From positions 1 to 64,000 of IMG/VR virus record IMGVR_UViG_3300020308_000002: a stretch of DNA of 64,000 nt. One strand, given 5' to 3'. Origin of the DNA: a virus (Duplodnaviria > Caudoviricetes). The stretch's first letter is position 1, and each line of letters begins with the position of its first letter. Position numbers and translations under genes: made by a program. Shown piece after piece: positions 1-9,147 of this stretch. Below the pieces are notes generated by a model. It did not search any database. It had not been told where the DNA came from and saw nothing but the letters and a program-made list of their open reading frames with translations.

Positions 1-519
1 ACCATCAGAGAATGAACCCTGACCGAATGGGTAAACAAGGAATACAGCGAAAGCAGCAGATACTGGTGCAGAATATGCAACACAGATCCAAGGGCGCATG
101 CCTAGTCGATAACTAAGTTCCCATTGGCGTCCCATGTAAGCTGAGATACCGATGAGAAAGTGGAACACAACGAGTTGATATGGTCCTCCGTTATAGAGCC
201 ATTCATCGATGGTTGCAGCTTCCCAGATTGGGTAGAAGTGAAGACCGATTGCGTTTGACGACGGTACAACGGCTCCTGAGATGATGTTGTTTCCATACAT
301 GAAAGAACCAGCTACTGGCTCACGGATTCCGTCGATATCGACTGGAGGGGCAGCTATGAAAGCGATGACGAAACAAGTTGCTGCGGCAAGTAGACAAGGA
401 ACCATTAAGACTCCGAACCAACCAACGTAAATACGATTGTTAGTAGATGTTGTCCACTCACAGAACTCGTCCCAACCTTTCAACAAACTGCCGCTTCTTG
501 TTAAAGAAGAAGAAGTCAT
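1..519 (-). CDS. psbA: Photosystem II D1 protein, N-terminal 173 codons (runs off window edge)
   Basis: Manual translation from ATG at 519: [39 protein letters not shown]...[45 protein letters not shown]...[45 protein letters not shown]. No stop in the window, so it is missing from the ORF track. Confidence 0.98.
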   Translation of the reverse strand, partial: MTSSSLTRSGSLLKGWDEFCEWTTSTNNRIYVGWFGVLMVPCLLAAATCFVIAFIAAPPVDIDGIREPVAGSFMYGNNIISGAVVPSSNAIGLHFYPIWEAATIDEWLYNGGPYQLVVFHFLIGISAYMGRQWELSYRLGMRPWICVAYSAPVSAAFAVFLVYPFGQGSFSDG

Positions 520-544
520 TTAAGTAATAGTACGATTTTGTGAA

Positions 545-615
545 CTTGTATGACGAGAGACTTAGCCCCATGGTCTCGGTTTGAGGCAGGGAAATACCCA
601 GACCTAATGTTAGCA
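545..615 (-). ncRNA. Possible structured psbA 5' leader (PhotoRC-II-like)
   Basis: GAGAC/GTCTC stem (557-561 with 573-577) upstream of the psbA ATG. Structured leaders are known upstream of cyanophage psbA; family identity not verified. Confidence 0.35.
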
Positions 616-705
616 ATTCGGCACATTATCTGTATTAATGATTTATATAAGCTCTTCTTCTCTATTTGAAATATCGCTATTTTAAAGTGAGGAGGCTATT
701 AATTT

Positions 706-990
706 ATGGCAAAGAAAATAAGATATGCAGGGGAGGTTTTCGAAGGCTACAACAAGCCTAAGAAGACTAAAGGAGGTAAAAAGAAATTTGCAGTTTTAGT
801 AAAAGATGGAGGAAAAGACAAAATAGTGCGTTTCGGTGATCCGAATATGCAGCACTTCAAAGAAGGCTCAAAAGGCAAAAGTGGTCACGGAGATAAAAAA
901 CGAAGAGCTAATTTCAAGAGTCGCCACAACTGCGACCAAAAGAAAGATAAAACTACACCAGGGTACTGGTCTTGTAATTGGAGTTGGTAG
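706..990 (+). CDS. Small Lys/Arg-rich phage protein (DUF5754-like)
   Basis: KIVRFGDPNM...RRANFKSRHNC...YWSC pattern typical of a widespread basic phage protein family. Confidence 0.65.
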   Translation: MAKKIRYAGEVFEGYNKPKKTKGGKKKFAVLVKDGGKDKIVRFGDPNMQHFKEGSKGKSGHGDKKRRANFKSRHNCDQKKDKTTPGYWSCNWSW

Positions 991-991
991 C

Positions 992-1222
992 ATGTCTGAC
1001 GGAACAGCTAAAAAAAGAGATCCTAGAAAGTGGGCAGAAGCAAAAGCTCGTGCTCGCAAAAAGATGGGAGGTCACAGTGCTAGAGCAATGCAACTGGCGA
1101 CTAAGTACTACAAAGATGCAGGGGGTACCTACGAAGGTAAGAAATCTAAAAACAACAAATTATCTAAATGGAGTAAAGAAGATTGGCAGACTAAAGAAGA
1201 ATACGAAAAGAAAAAGAAATGA
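992..1222 (+). CDS. Basic protein, DUF5872-like N-terminal part
   Basis: Start reassigned to ATG 992 just after the previous stop; HSARAMQLA.KYYK.AGG.YEGKK and LSKWSKEDW motifs. Confidence 0.6.
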   Translation: MSDGTAKKRDPRKWAEAKARARKKMGGHSARAMQLATKYYKDAGGTYEGKKSKNNKLSKWSKEDWQTKEEYEKKKK

Positions 1223-1452
1223 CTTGGTCAAGGATTAGCGACGAAGACCGACAAATCGCAACCAACATCTACAACGAAATAAAGATTGGTCGTATTTCAA
1301 CTCGTCAAGTTTATGATGCTGTCCAAGCAGGTCAAATACCTTCAGGGGCAGCAGCTTTATTGGCGGATGGAATTGATTTTTCAACGTTCAAAGCTGATGA
1401 CTTAATGGAGTCTTACAAAGCTGAAGCAATGAAAATTTACCAAGGAATGTAA
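1219..1452 (+). CDS. Hypothetical protein
   Basis: ATGA overlap with the upstream gene; abuts the next gene. Confidence 0.65.
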   Translation: MTWSRISDEDRQIATNIYNEIKIGRISTRQVYDAVQAGQIPSGAAALLADGIDFSTFKADDLMESYKAEAMKIYQGM

Positions 1453-1662
1453 ATGGCTGATCGAGCAAGAGAAAAAGGTCGTACAGAAAGGTACCTACCT
1501 AAAAAGGCTTGGGCTTCTATGACCAAGGAAGAGCGAACTGCAACAGACGAAAAGAAGAAAAGAGCTACTAAGGGTAAACCAGTCAATACTCAAGTTCCAA
1601 ATACCGAGAAAGCCAAAGAAGCTCGTAAAAGGGCTACTGAATATAAAAAATCAAAAGGCTAG
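1453..1662 (+). CDS. Basic protein, DUF5872-like C-terminal part
   Basis: ERYLPKKAW motif, Lys-rich. Confidence 0.6.
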   Translation: MADRAREKGRTERYLPKKAWASMTKEERTATDEKKKRATKGKPVNTQVPNTEKAKEARKRATEYKKSKG

Positions 1663-2234
1663 CGTCTATATAGCTGTCTTTCTGACTCCACACCTTTCAA
1701 CATAAAATTCATATTGATAACCATTCTGGAGTGATGATGTTCAGGATCATGAGAGCAGTGCATTAAACTTCCAGGAAATAAAACAATACGACCTTTCTTA
1801 GGCTCAACATTTACTTCTTTATCATCCCAATCAACAATAGTGGTCACACCATCACTGTCATTGACGTAGTACAACATATTTTGATGAGGAAAATCATAGT
1901 CAGTATGCATCCTATGTTGTGTACTTTTATTCTTCATATTCATCGTATGCAGGAATAATCCAATCCTGAACCTCATCACTTCTGATACGTTTGTATCAAA
2001 TACCGTATAAACAGTTTGCATCAATATTGGCAACGTTAGGTAATACAATGACGGATTATTTATATGTCCACTATTTCCACCATCAAAGATAGGAGCCGAC
2101 ATGCCTTGATATCTATCGTGTTCTCCTCCGTTGTACCAAGCCATGTTAGGAGCGGTAGCAATGGCGTGAACAGCATCCTGCAAAGCAGGGCATACTAAAT
2201 CATCTTTAACAATGATTTGATTGTGTAAATCCAA
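1659..2234 (-). CDS. 2OG-Fe(II) oxygenase family protein
   Basis: HxD (MHTD), YYVNDSDG, FPGSLMH and distal R (SRMVIN). Confidence 0.85.
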   Translation of the reverse strand: MDLHNQIIVKDDLVCPALQDAVHAIATAPNMAWYNGGEHDRYQGMSAPIFDGGNSGHINNPSLYYLTLPILMQTVYTVFDTNVSEVMRFRIGLFLHTMNMKNKSTQHRMHTDYDFPHQNMLYYVNDSDGVTTIVDWDDKEVNVEPKKGRIVLFPGSLMHCSHDPEHHHSRMVINMNFMLKGVESERQLYRR

Positions 2235-2246
2235 TATTTTAAGTCA

Positions 2247-2281
2247 CAAAAAAGCCACCACCATCTTAAATGGCAGTGGCT
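2247..2281 (-). terminator. Rho-independent terminator after the scaffold-like gene
   Basis: Minus strand AGCCACTGCCAT-ttaag-ATGGTGGTGGCT followed by a T run. Confidence 0.8.
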
Positions 2282-2295
2282 AAATGTAAAGCTAT

Positions 2296-3387
2296 TTAAG
2301 CTTCAGATACTAACACTTTGCTACGAAGAGCGTCAGGTGTTGCTTGGCTTAAAATTTGCCATGCTGCCTGAGGATTCTTGTCACTCATAGCAGAGAAGTT
2401 AGACCAAAAATCCTCTCCTCCTGTAGGAGCCTGAACGCCAGGTTGAGGCATATCTAACTGAGGTCTACGAAATTCTGGTGCTGGAGCTTGAGGAGCTGGA
2501 GCCTGAGGAGCTGGAGCTTGAGGAGCTGGAGCTGCTTGTGGCACTGGAGCTGCCTGAGTCTGACCAAAACGAGCTTCGTTAGCCGCTACTTCAGCAGCTA
2601 GCCTGTCTTGAGCTAGTTCAACAGGATGAGGACCTTGAGGACCAAAGAATTCGTTGACGTAAGAAGATAGCATGTCGGGATTAGTCAACATGGTGTGGTA
2701 AGCAGCGTTGTCTTCTGCTGCTGCGTCGACAACCTTCTTAGCTCCAGCAATATTCTGAGTTAATGTCTCTACTTGCTTAAGAGCATCTGCAGCAGTTTGA
2801 GTTTGCTTCAACAAAGCATCTTCTACTACACAAGAATATCTATTTAATAGAGCTGGTGCTTCTGCTCCGAAATGATTTAATACTTCAAGACTTTCTTGGC
2901 TTACGTTGGCGAGATACTCGTCGCTTCCTGTTTGATTCGCTACGCTCGGCGAGCTCTGTGTCTGTGGCTGCTGTGTCTGGGAATACTCCTGCGTTGCTTG
3001 GGGCACGTAAGTCTGCATCCCCGAAACTGATGGAGCTGCCTGATACGTTGGAGCCTGAGACTGGTAGCTTGGCTGTTGTGTTGGTGCCTGTGGGGTCGGT
3101 GTCGAGTAAGCTGCCTGGGGTTGGGAGTTCTGCGTTCCGCTCAAACTGTCGCTGAGACTCTTGAACGCCTCCTGCCATGGATTCGCCTCCTGCACTGGTG
3201 CCTGAGCCTGCACCTGCTGTTCCACCTGAGGGGCTACCGTCTGTGGTGAGGGAGCCGAAGCTGTCTGGTATGAAACTTGGGCGGTCTGGGCTGGTGCTTG
3301 TTGGTAAGCCACGGGCGGCACGGGTGCGCTCGATGGTATCGAGTTCTGCTGGGTCGCCGGAGCCTGTGTCATCTGTGTATTGTCCAC
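2296..3387 (-). CDS. Gln/Pro/Ala-rich protein, putative capsid scaffolding protein
   Basis: Low-complexity N-terminus, coiled-coil middle, short conserved-looking C-terminus; lies directly downstream of the portal-like gene. Confidence 0.5.
   Translation of the reverse strand: MDNTQMTQAPATQQNSIPSSAPVPPVAYQQAPAQTAQVSYQTASAPSPQTVAPQVEQQVQAQAPVQEANPWQEAFKSLSDSLSGTQNSQPQAAYSTPTPQAPTQQPSYQSQAPTYQAAPSVSGMQTYVPQATQEYSQTQQPQTQSSPSVANQTGSDEYLANVSQESLEVLNHFGAEAPALLNRYSCVVEDALLKQTQTAADALKQVETLTQNIAGAKKVVDAAAEDNAAYHTMLTNPDMLSSYVNEFFGPQGPHPVELAQDRLAAEVAANEARFGQTQAAPVPQAAPAPQAPAPQAPAPQAPAPEFRRPQLDMPQPGVQAPTGGEDFWSNFSAMSDKNPQAAWQILSQATPDALRSKVLVSEA
2481..2532. repeat. 15-bp tandem repeat (about 3.5 copies) encoding PQAPA
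   Basis: ctggagc(t/c)tgaggag units. Confidence 0.85.
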
Positions 3388-5122
3388 TGTAAGTTAGTTC
3401 TCGTTTAAGGAATTCTATTGCCCTATAGACATAGGGTGTTAAATCTAGTTTAGGGTCTGCCAATAAAGGAAGATCCGGTGCCTGGGGATGAGGCGTTTGT
3501 CGCATGTCATTTATAAGCGACAAGAAAGTCCCAATACTGCTTTGAGTAGCTTGAGCCATTCTGAATGGATAGCCACTAAGCATTGCACTTCGCTCCTCAT
3601 CTGTTTTATCAGGGAAGAGATACCTAAGGGCCTCGACGCTATTAACGCCTAATTCCTGTAGGTTTCTGACGACAATACTTGAATTCAGTATATCGTCTGT
3701 TCCGTCCTCGAAGACTGGACCCTTCCATCTCCACTCAACTTTTCTGTTGCCATCAGGAATAAGACCAACCACTCCAGGTGGTAAATTCCTGTCCTGCACT
3801 GCTGTTTGAATGGCTAAATCTAGTTCTGCTTCAAATACCTTACGTTGTTCACCGAATACATTAACAGCTAAGACATAGTCTTGTTCTTCTGCAAAATCTT
3901 CCTTAATAGGAACAATTGGAGTTTCTAATCCAATAGCTAATGCAAATGAATCCCTGAAAATCTTCTCTTCGTGGTAAATAATTAAAGAGAATAACTTAGA
4001 CAATCCATAAGTTAAAAGACCTCTACACCTACGAGTAGCTGTTGTAGCAGCACGTCCGTAAAGGGATTTAATTTCATAAGCAGTAGCTCCTGAACTAATA
4101 CCTAGTTCATCTACCCCTCCTAAAGCTGTCCTTAGTTCCTCTCTATATTGTCTTGCATACAAATTTTGATCGCCTGAGACAGCATCTGGGGTTAAGTAAA
4201 CAGCCCTATCAGTTGGCTCAACGTTCGCAATAATACGAGGAACTTTTCCTGACCCTCCTGAACCCCCAGGATCGCTATTCCTTGTCGAAGGTCTAGCTGC
4301 AGAAGAGAAGCCAGCCTGAGAGCTGATAGTAGGTCTTAGACTGTCTTCCCCTGCGGATTCAACTAAGTCATGTTTTGGACGACTAGAAACAAGAGTCGGA
4401 TTACCAAAGAAAGTAATATTAGTTCTGATATTTTTAACTAAATCGTCATGTAAAACGATTTGATCTGCCAACCAATCAAAGTCACCTGTTGAATCCATAC
4501 CTGTGGATTTCATCGTATTAAACGATTCCACTGCAGGGACAAATCCTAAGCTATTGGTTAGTGTTCGAGTCGTTGTCGGAGAATAAGAGAAGTTATTGAT
4601 AGCACCTGCTTCGAAAGAAGGCTTCTCTGATGTAATAGATTCTTTAATAGTGTCTCGTCTTACTCTGAGTTTGACGTATTTTTTACTTCCTCCATCCATC
4701 CCTGGTATAGCTAAAGCTCCTATTCCTGAGCGAACGTTAAAAGAATAAATTAATTCAACTTCTTCTAATTCAGACTGTGCATCGTAATAAGCTCGGTAAT
4801 TATCCTTGCTAAACCACATCAAACGATAAGTGTCGTTAATAGGGCGAAAATAAAATAATCCTTTTCCATCGATCAAGAAATCATCTACGATTCCTTCCAA
4901 ACGACTGTCTATTTCATTCTCTTCAACCAATTGATTGAGGAAAAGCCTTCTAAAACCAAAAGTATCTTGAGTAGGGAAAAACTCTATTCCTTGACGAAGC
5001 ATGAATAGCTTCATCTGGGCTAGATGGCTATTAACCACCATCGTATCGGTACCGCCACTGCCATCCCTCTTGCGTGCAGTTTCCAGTATTTGACGATAAC
5101 GTTCGTTGTTTGGATTACTCAT
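2885..5122 (-). CDS. Putative portal protein with long low-complexity C-terminal tail
   Basis: 745 aa directly downstream of TerL; size, position and helical character fit a portal; last ~167 codons overlap the next gene. Confidence 0.6.
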   Translation of the reverse strand: MSNPNNERYRQILETARKRDGSGGTDTMVVNSHLAQMKLFMLRQGIEFFPTQDTFGFRRLFLNQLVEENEIDSRLEGIVDDFLIDGKGLFYFRPINDTYRLMWFSKDNYRAYYDAQSELEEVELIYSFNVRSGIGALAIPGMDGGSKKYVKLRVRRDTIKESITSEKPSFEAGAINNFSYSPTTTRTLTNSLGFVPAVESFNTMKSTGMDSTGDFDWLADQIVLHDDLVKNIRTNITFFGNPTLVSSRPKHDLVESAGEDSLRPTISSQAGFSSAARPSTRNSDPGGSGGSGKVPRIIANVEPTDRAVYLTPDAVSGDQNLYARQYREELRTALGGVDELGISSGATAYEIKSLYGRAATTATRRCRGLLTYGLSKLFSLIIYHEEKIFRDSFALAIGLETPIVPIKEDFAEEQDYVLAVNVFGEQRKVFEAELDLAIQTAVQDRNLPPGVVGLIPDGNRKVEWRWKGPVFEDGTDDILNSSIVVRNLQELGVNSVEALRYLFPDKTDEERSAMLSGYPFRMAQATQSSIGTFLSLINDMRQTPHPQAPDLPLLADPKLDLTPYVYRAIEFLKRELTYSGQYTDDTGSGDPAELDTIERTRAARGLPTSTSPDRPSFIPDSFGSLTTDGSPSGGTAGAGSGTSAGGESMAGGVQESQRQFERNAELPTPGSLLDTDPTGTNTTAKLPVSGSNVSGSSISFGDADLRAPSNAGVFPDTAATDTELAERSESNRKRRVSRQRKPRKS

Positions 5123-5131
5123 TTTATAATT

Positions 5132-6664
5132 TTATCTCCATTCTATTTGAGCACCGCCACGTTTCATCAGACCTTGTACAACCATATTCAAAGAATCAGC
5201 ACAATCGTCATGTGAAGCATGACCAAAGTTAATCACTTCATCAGTCATGCAGGAGAAATCTCGATATTTGTTAAAAATAATCTTTTTACCTTGAAAAAGA
5301 CCGATAATCCCTCTAAGGCGTGCAAGCTTGTCACCTCGAAAACCTTTGACAGGACTAATACTTAAATTATAGAGCTGCCATTCGTTAAACAACATTCTCT
5401 TTAAATCTCCTTCAAAACTTTTTTGATATGCGACGACTTCAGGCCATATAACTACAGGCGAATCAGTTCTAAAAAATTGTCCATCATCATTCATTCTTAA
5501 AAGATTCCATTCCACTAGTAATTCACATAAAGCTTCTACTTTTTCAATGTTTCCCATCGAACGCATTCTTTTGTAATCAATGATATAAACCTTGTCACCT
5601 ACTCTCCCTGCCAAGGTAAACACTGTCCAATCATTGCGTTCTGACATCCCTGCAGACAAGTCAATTCCAACTCCAACAATGTCGTAATCGTCAGGAACCT
5701 CACCTTTTACAAATAATTCAGGAGATATTCCTAATTCTGTAGTTTTGATTGGCCTGTTTAAATACTGATAAGAAAAAGAAGTTCGATCTTCTCCTTGCAG
5801 TTTTAAAAGATATTTAATCGACCACATCTTGGGCCAATAAGATTTAGGATTGCCACTATCGTCGTAAGACAAAGCTCCTTGTGTTATAACTTTCCAGCCT
5901 CGCTTCTCACAAAACGTAGTTGTAAATAAATCATCAAAATGGAATCTAGTACCTAGAGCTATTGCACGAGCACCTTGGAACATGGTGGGAACAATAACGT
6001 TGTTCCAGTTAGTTTCCATCTCTCTCCTGATATCTGGATTAGCGATAGCTGCAGCACTTTTGATTGCGTCATCAACGATGATCAAAGAGCTTCTTTTAGA
6101 TGTAATAGTTCCTTTTAGTCCCGCACAAGCAACTGTAAAAGCATCTTCTCCTCTTATATCTATCTCTGCAAACTCAAAATCAATAGACCATAATTCATCG
6201 CTTGTTCGGTGTTTAGATAAACGAACAGTTGGAAAAATTTCCTGATATTCCTTATTGCAAATTAAGTTCTTTATCGCAGCACTTTTATTTCTTGCAACAT
6301 CAACGTTATAAGAAACATATAGTGTTCTGAGTAATTTCTTTTTCTCTGCATGACGTCCTATTAACCATGCAACCAACATTCCTATAACAGTCGATTTAGC
6401 ACTTCCTCTTGGGCTTAATAAACAGGTATTAGGGCCGGCTACATCTAATAAATGCTCATTACTTTCTCCTGTTAGAAAAGCGTTATGCCATTCTTTCATG
6501 TGCTTAGCGGCTGGCTTGCCCATGAGTTCACAAAAATATGCAAAACTCTTGCGTGCTTTTACAACATGAGGAGGAGTAATTACAACTTTAGGTTCAGTCG
6601 TGATGGACTGAGCAGCTAGCTGTGCGCTACGTCTACGAGCTAAAGATATGGAAACATTTGACAT
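5132..6664 (-). CDS. terL: Terminase large subunit
   Basis: Walker A-like SPRGSAKST, Walker B IIVDD, coupling motif GTRFH, nuclease GIDLS and HDDCADS. Confidence 0.93.
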   Translation of the reverse strand: MSNVSISLARRRSAQLAAQSITTEPKVVITPPHVVKARKSFAYFCELMGKPAAKHMKEWHNAFLTGESNEHLLDVAGPNTCLLSPRGSAKSTVIGMLVAWLIGRHAEKKKLLRTLYVSYNVDVARNKSAAIKNLICNKEYQEIFPTVRLSKHRTSDELWSIDFEFAEIDIRGEDAFTVACAGLKGTITSKRSSLIIVDDAIKSAAAIANPDIRREMETNWNNVIVPTMFQGARAIALGTRFHFDDLFTTTFCEKRGWKVITQGALSYDDSGNPKSYWPKMWSIKYLLKLQGEDRTSFSYQYLNRPIKTTELGISPELFVKGEVPDDYDIVGVGIDLSAGMSERNDWTVFTLAGRVGDKVYIIDYKRMRSMGNIEKVEALCELLVEWNLLRMNDDGQFFRTDSPVVIWPEVVAYQKSFEGDLKRMLFNEWQLYNLSISPVKGFRGDKLARLRGIIGLFQGKKIIFNKYRDFSCMTDEVINFGHASHDDCADSLNMVVQGLMKRGGAQIEWR

Positions 6665-6696
6665 GCCTCAAGTCTAGACATTATTCACTATTTCTA

Positions 6697-6930
6697 CTAC
6701 ATAAGAATAATTTTTTCTTGCTTTCTCCAGCCCTTTCTTTCTACCCAATCTTGGAATTCCGCCTTAGCTTCTGGGGTTAGATACCCAAAGAATCTATTCA
6801 ATGCATGCTTTAGGGCATAATTTTTATCTTCGAATTTCTCCAGTTCTAGACCACCATGCAAGGCACAGCATGCATCTAGGAGATCGTACATGGGTACTGA
6901 CTTCTCAACGTTTTGTTGTTCCCTATTCAT
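6697..6930 (-). CDS. Hypothetical protein
   Basis: ATG ORF in operon context. Confidence 0.6.
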   Translation of the reverse strand: MNREQQNVEKSVPMYDLLDACCALHGGLELEKFEDKNYALKHALNRFFGYLTPEAKAEFQDWVERKGWRKQEKIILM

Positions 6931-6965
6931 AAATAGTGATAAACTTAATTACTGCTTATTGTTCA

Positions 6966-7607
6966 CTATACATCGAATTTTATAGACCAGGGAGGCGTGT
7001 TAGGAGGATTGAGTCGAGTAGGCATTAAATTATAAGCAATGCTAATCCTGTTAACGTCCGTTTTGTTGATATTCGGTTGATGAAGTAGGTGACTTGGAAA
7101 TAATATTACATCTCCTACCTCAGTAGGGATATTGGCGTCTTCGTGCCAACGATGACGTACTAATAAATCATAAGAAGATTCTCCAGTCTGATCGGCAGGG
7201 CAAAGCCTTGACTCATCTCTAAAATCAATAGACATATCTTTTCCTTCCAAATAGACAACGCAAGACATAAAAGATTCTGCATGTCCATGGTAGTAAAATC
7301 CTTTTTGGCCTGGTGATTGATTGTTGATCCAACCAGAAACAATTTTCCATTCACCTATGCGATCATGTTTTTGTGGTGAACGCATATGTCGCAATCTAGG
7401 GGTACCGCCTGGGCAATAAGGACTAACACTCGAAAGCACTTCTTCTTGTAGGGGGAGAAATTCTGGATGATCCAAAATTTCGTTATAAGTATGATTAGGT
7501 CCTCCTTTTTTCTTATGTTTCACGACATCTTCAATGATCTGAAGATCTATCCGAAATTTAAAAATACGAGTAGGAAATAGATCTATTACACCATCAAGAT
7601 CAGCCAT
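6966..7607 (-). CDS. 2OG-Fe(II) oxygenase-like protein (TIGR02466-like)
   Basis: YHGHAESFMSCVVYL, ILFPSHLLH, RISIAYN. Confidence 0.85.
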   Translation of the reverse strand: MADLDGVIDLFPTRIFKFRIDLQIIEDVVKHKKKGGPNHTYNEILDHPEFLPLQEEVLSSVSPYCPGGTPRLRHMRSPQKHDRIGEWKIVSGWINNQSPGQKGFYYHGHAESFMSCVVYLEGKDMSIDFRDESRLCPADQTGESSYDLLVRHRWHEDANIPTEVGDVILFPSHLLHQPNINKTDVNRISIAYNLMPTRLNPPNTPPWSIKFDV

Positions 7608-7881
7608 GCTTTACCTTTTCCACTATTTGATCAATCACATTCACATCTAATCCAAGAAAAGGAGGAATGATTCCTAATATACGCAGTAGACCATCTAAAA
7701 ACAAGGCTAAACAAGTAAAACCAAGAATCATGCTAATAATTGTTGCATTTCGATTATGCTGCTTCATCGAGGCTTCATCTATAGCTTTAGCTTTCGCTAC
7801 GGCATCAGCCAACATAATATCTACTTCTGCTTTCGTATAACAAACGTCTGGTAAAATCTCTCTGATTTTTTCCTCAGTCAT
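7600..7881 (-). CDS. Small membrane protein
   Basis: HNRNATIISMILGFTCLALFLDGLLRILGIIPPF hydrophobic hairpin. Confidence 0.75.
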   Translation of the reverse strand: MTEEKIREILPDVCYTKAEVDIMLADAVAKAKAIDEASMKQHNRNATIISMILGFTCLALFLDGLLRILGIIPPFLGLDVNVIDQIVEKVKHG

Positions 7882-7903
7882 TGAATTGTTGTTTAGGTGA
7901 ATA

Positions 7904-8410
7904 CTACCGTTCTTCTATCAATGCCGCCCATACGGATTCATAGGCAAGGTCAAGAGCATTAATAACGTCATCATTGCCCTTAAATATTGATCTTAACTCA
8001 CGCATGACTTTATCAGCACCTGCCAATATTAAACCTCTTCTATCTATACTCTTAGTCATCTTTTCTGTTTCAACAATATGACCTCGTAATTCTTTAGATA
8101 AATGAGCTATACGAGTAGCTGCTGCGTCAGGTTTAACTAAATCAGCTTGTACTTGTTGTCTAAGAAAATCAACGTCAGCTTCTAATTTAACGGTCTCTGC
8201 AAGAAGGATCTCTCTTCTATTGAGTTTTGGGTAATTTTTAGTCACCCATTTTTCTAATAAGTTAAATCCTAACTCATACCCAATAACTCTTGCGTAGAGC
8301 CATATTTCGTAAATCGAATAAGTATTCTCGACATACGCTAAAAAAGCCTCTCGGCGATCATTATCTAAAGCTGTTAAAAACGATTGAATCTCAGGAAAAT
8401 CTACCTTCAC
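7904..8410 (-). CDS. Helical protein, candidate terminase small subunit
   Basis: 168 aa, helical, upstream of terL; no diagnostic motif. Confidence 0.35.
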   Translation of the reverse strand: MKVDFPEIQSFLTALDNDRREAFLAYVENTYSIYEIWLYARVIGYELGFNLLEKWVTKNYPKLNRREILLAETVKLEADVDFLRQQVQADLVKPDAAATRIAHLSKELRGHIVETEKMTKSIDRRGLILAGADKVMRELRSIFKGNDDVINALDLAYESVWAALIEER

Positions 8411-8412
8411 AA

Positions 8413-9126
8413 TTAACCGAAAAATCTAGACCCTGCGCCTCTTATAGCACCTCTAGCATCAGCACGCATTTTTCTTTGTCCTCTAAATGCGTCTCTTTGT
8501 GTTTTACGTTCTTGATCTCCTTTTGTTTGAGTTAATAGTCTGTCTTGAAGTCCTTGCTCTCTCCTGCTCAACCTATCTTCCTTACCTTTTGCTTTAGTTC
8601 CTAAACGATCTTGTATTCCTTGTGCTCCAAGAGTCATCCTATTCTGAGATCCTTCTTCCATCATGCTTAGGCGTGACTCGTCTCCCAACACTCGAGCAGT
8701 TCTACGCTCCTGGTCTCCTTCTTCTCCTATCTGTCTACTTCCAATATTGCCTGATAAATTAGTTAGGTCTTTAGTTATATTACCTTCCATCCCCATCAAA
8801 ATGGCAGTATTACCAGTAGTAAGTTGCTGCATTCCTTTTTCATAATCTAAGTTCTGACCTAATTGAGCCTTTCTATATGTCAGGTCTTGTCCCATATCCA
8901 TGTAGTTTTTATATGCTCCCATTAAGCTTCCAGAAGTAAAACCTCCAATTGTTTTATTAGTAGGATTCAAGATAGCCCAATTAATAAGCCCACCCATTCC
9001 TTTTTCTACTAATTTTCCTTCAGTAGTTACGGCTGGGTTCGTAGGATTTGACTTTCCAAATTTATTCCAAAAATCAGTTAAAGACTGATTGTTAGACGAA
9101 GAGTCGGTATTAATAGTTGATGACAT
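8413..9126 (-). CDS. Putative virion protein with 11-residue repeats
   Basis: QGIQDRLGTKA/KGKEDRLSRRE/QGLQDRLLTQT/KGDQERKTQRD periodicity. Confidence 0.6.
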   Translation of the reverse strand: MSSTINTDSSSNNQSLTDFWNKFGKSNPTNPAVTTEGKLVEKGMGGLINWAILNPTNKTIGGFTSGSLMGAYKNYMDMGQDLTYRKAQLGQNLDYEKGMQQLTTGNTAILMGMEGNITKDLTNLSGNIGSRQIGEEGDQERRTARVLGDESRLSMMEEGSQNRMTLGAQGIQDRLGTKAKGKEDRLSRREQGLQDRLLTQTKGDQERKTQRDAFRGQRKMRADARGAIRGAGSRFFG

Positions 9127-9147
9127 GAATATTGATACTAGGTATTA

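Noticed and set aside
102-296. 64-aa minus-strand ORF in the track
   Set aside because: Off-frame shadow inside psbA
836-991. N-terminal extension of ORF 836-1222
   Set aside because: Overlaps gene 706-990; ATG 992 is the natural start
2856-3392. Plus-strand ORFs 2856-3155 and 3177-3392
   Set aside because: Antisense shadows of a low-complexity, dual-coded region; no RBS or family features
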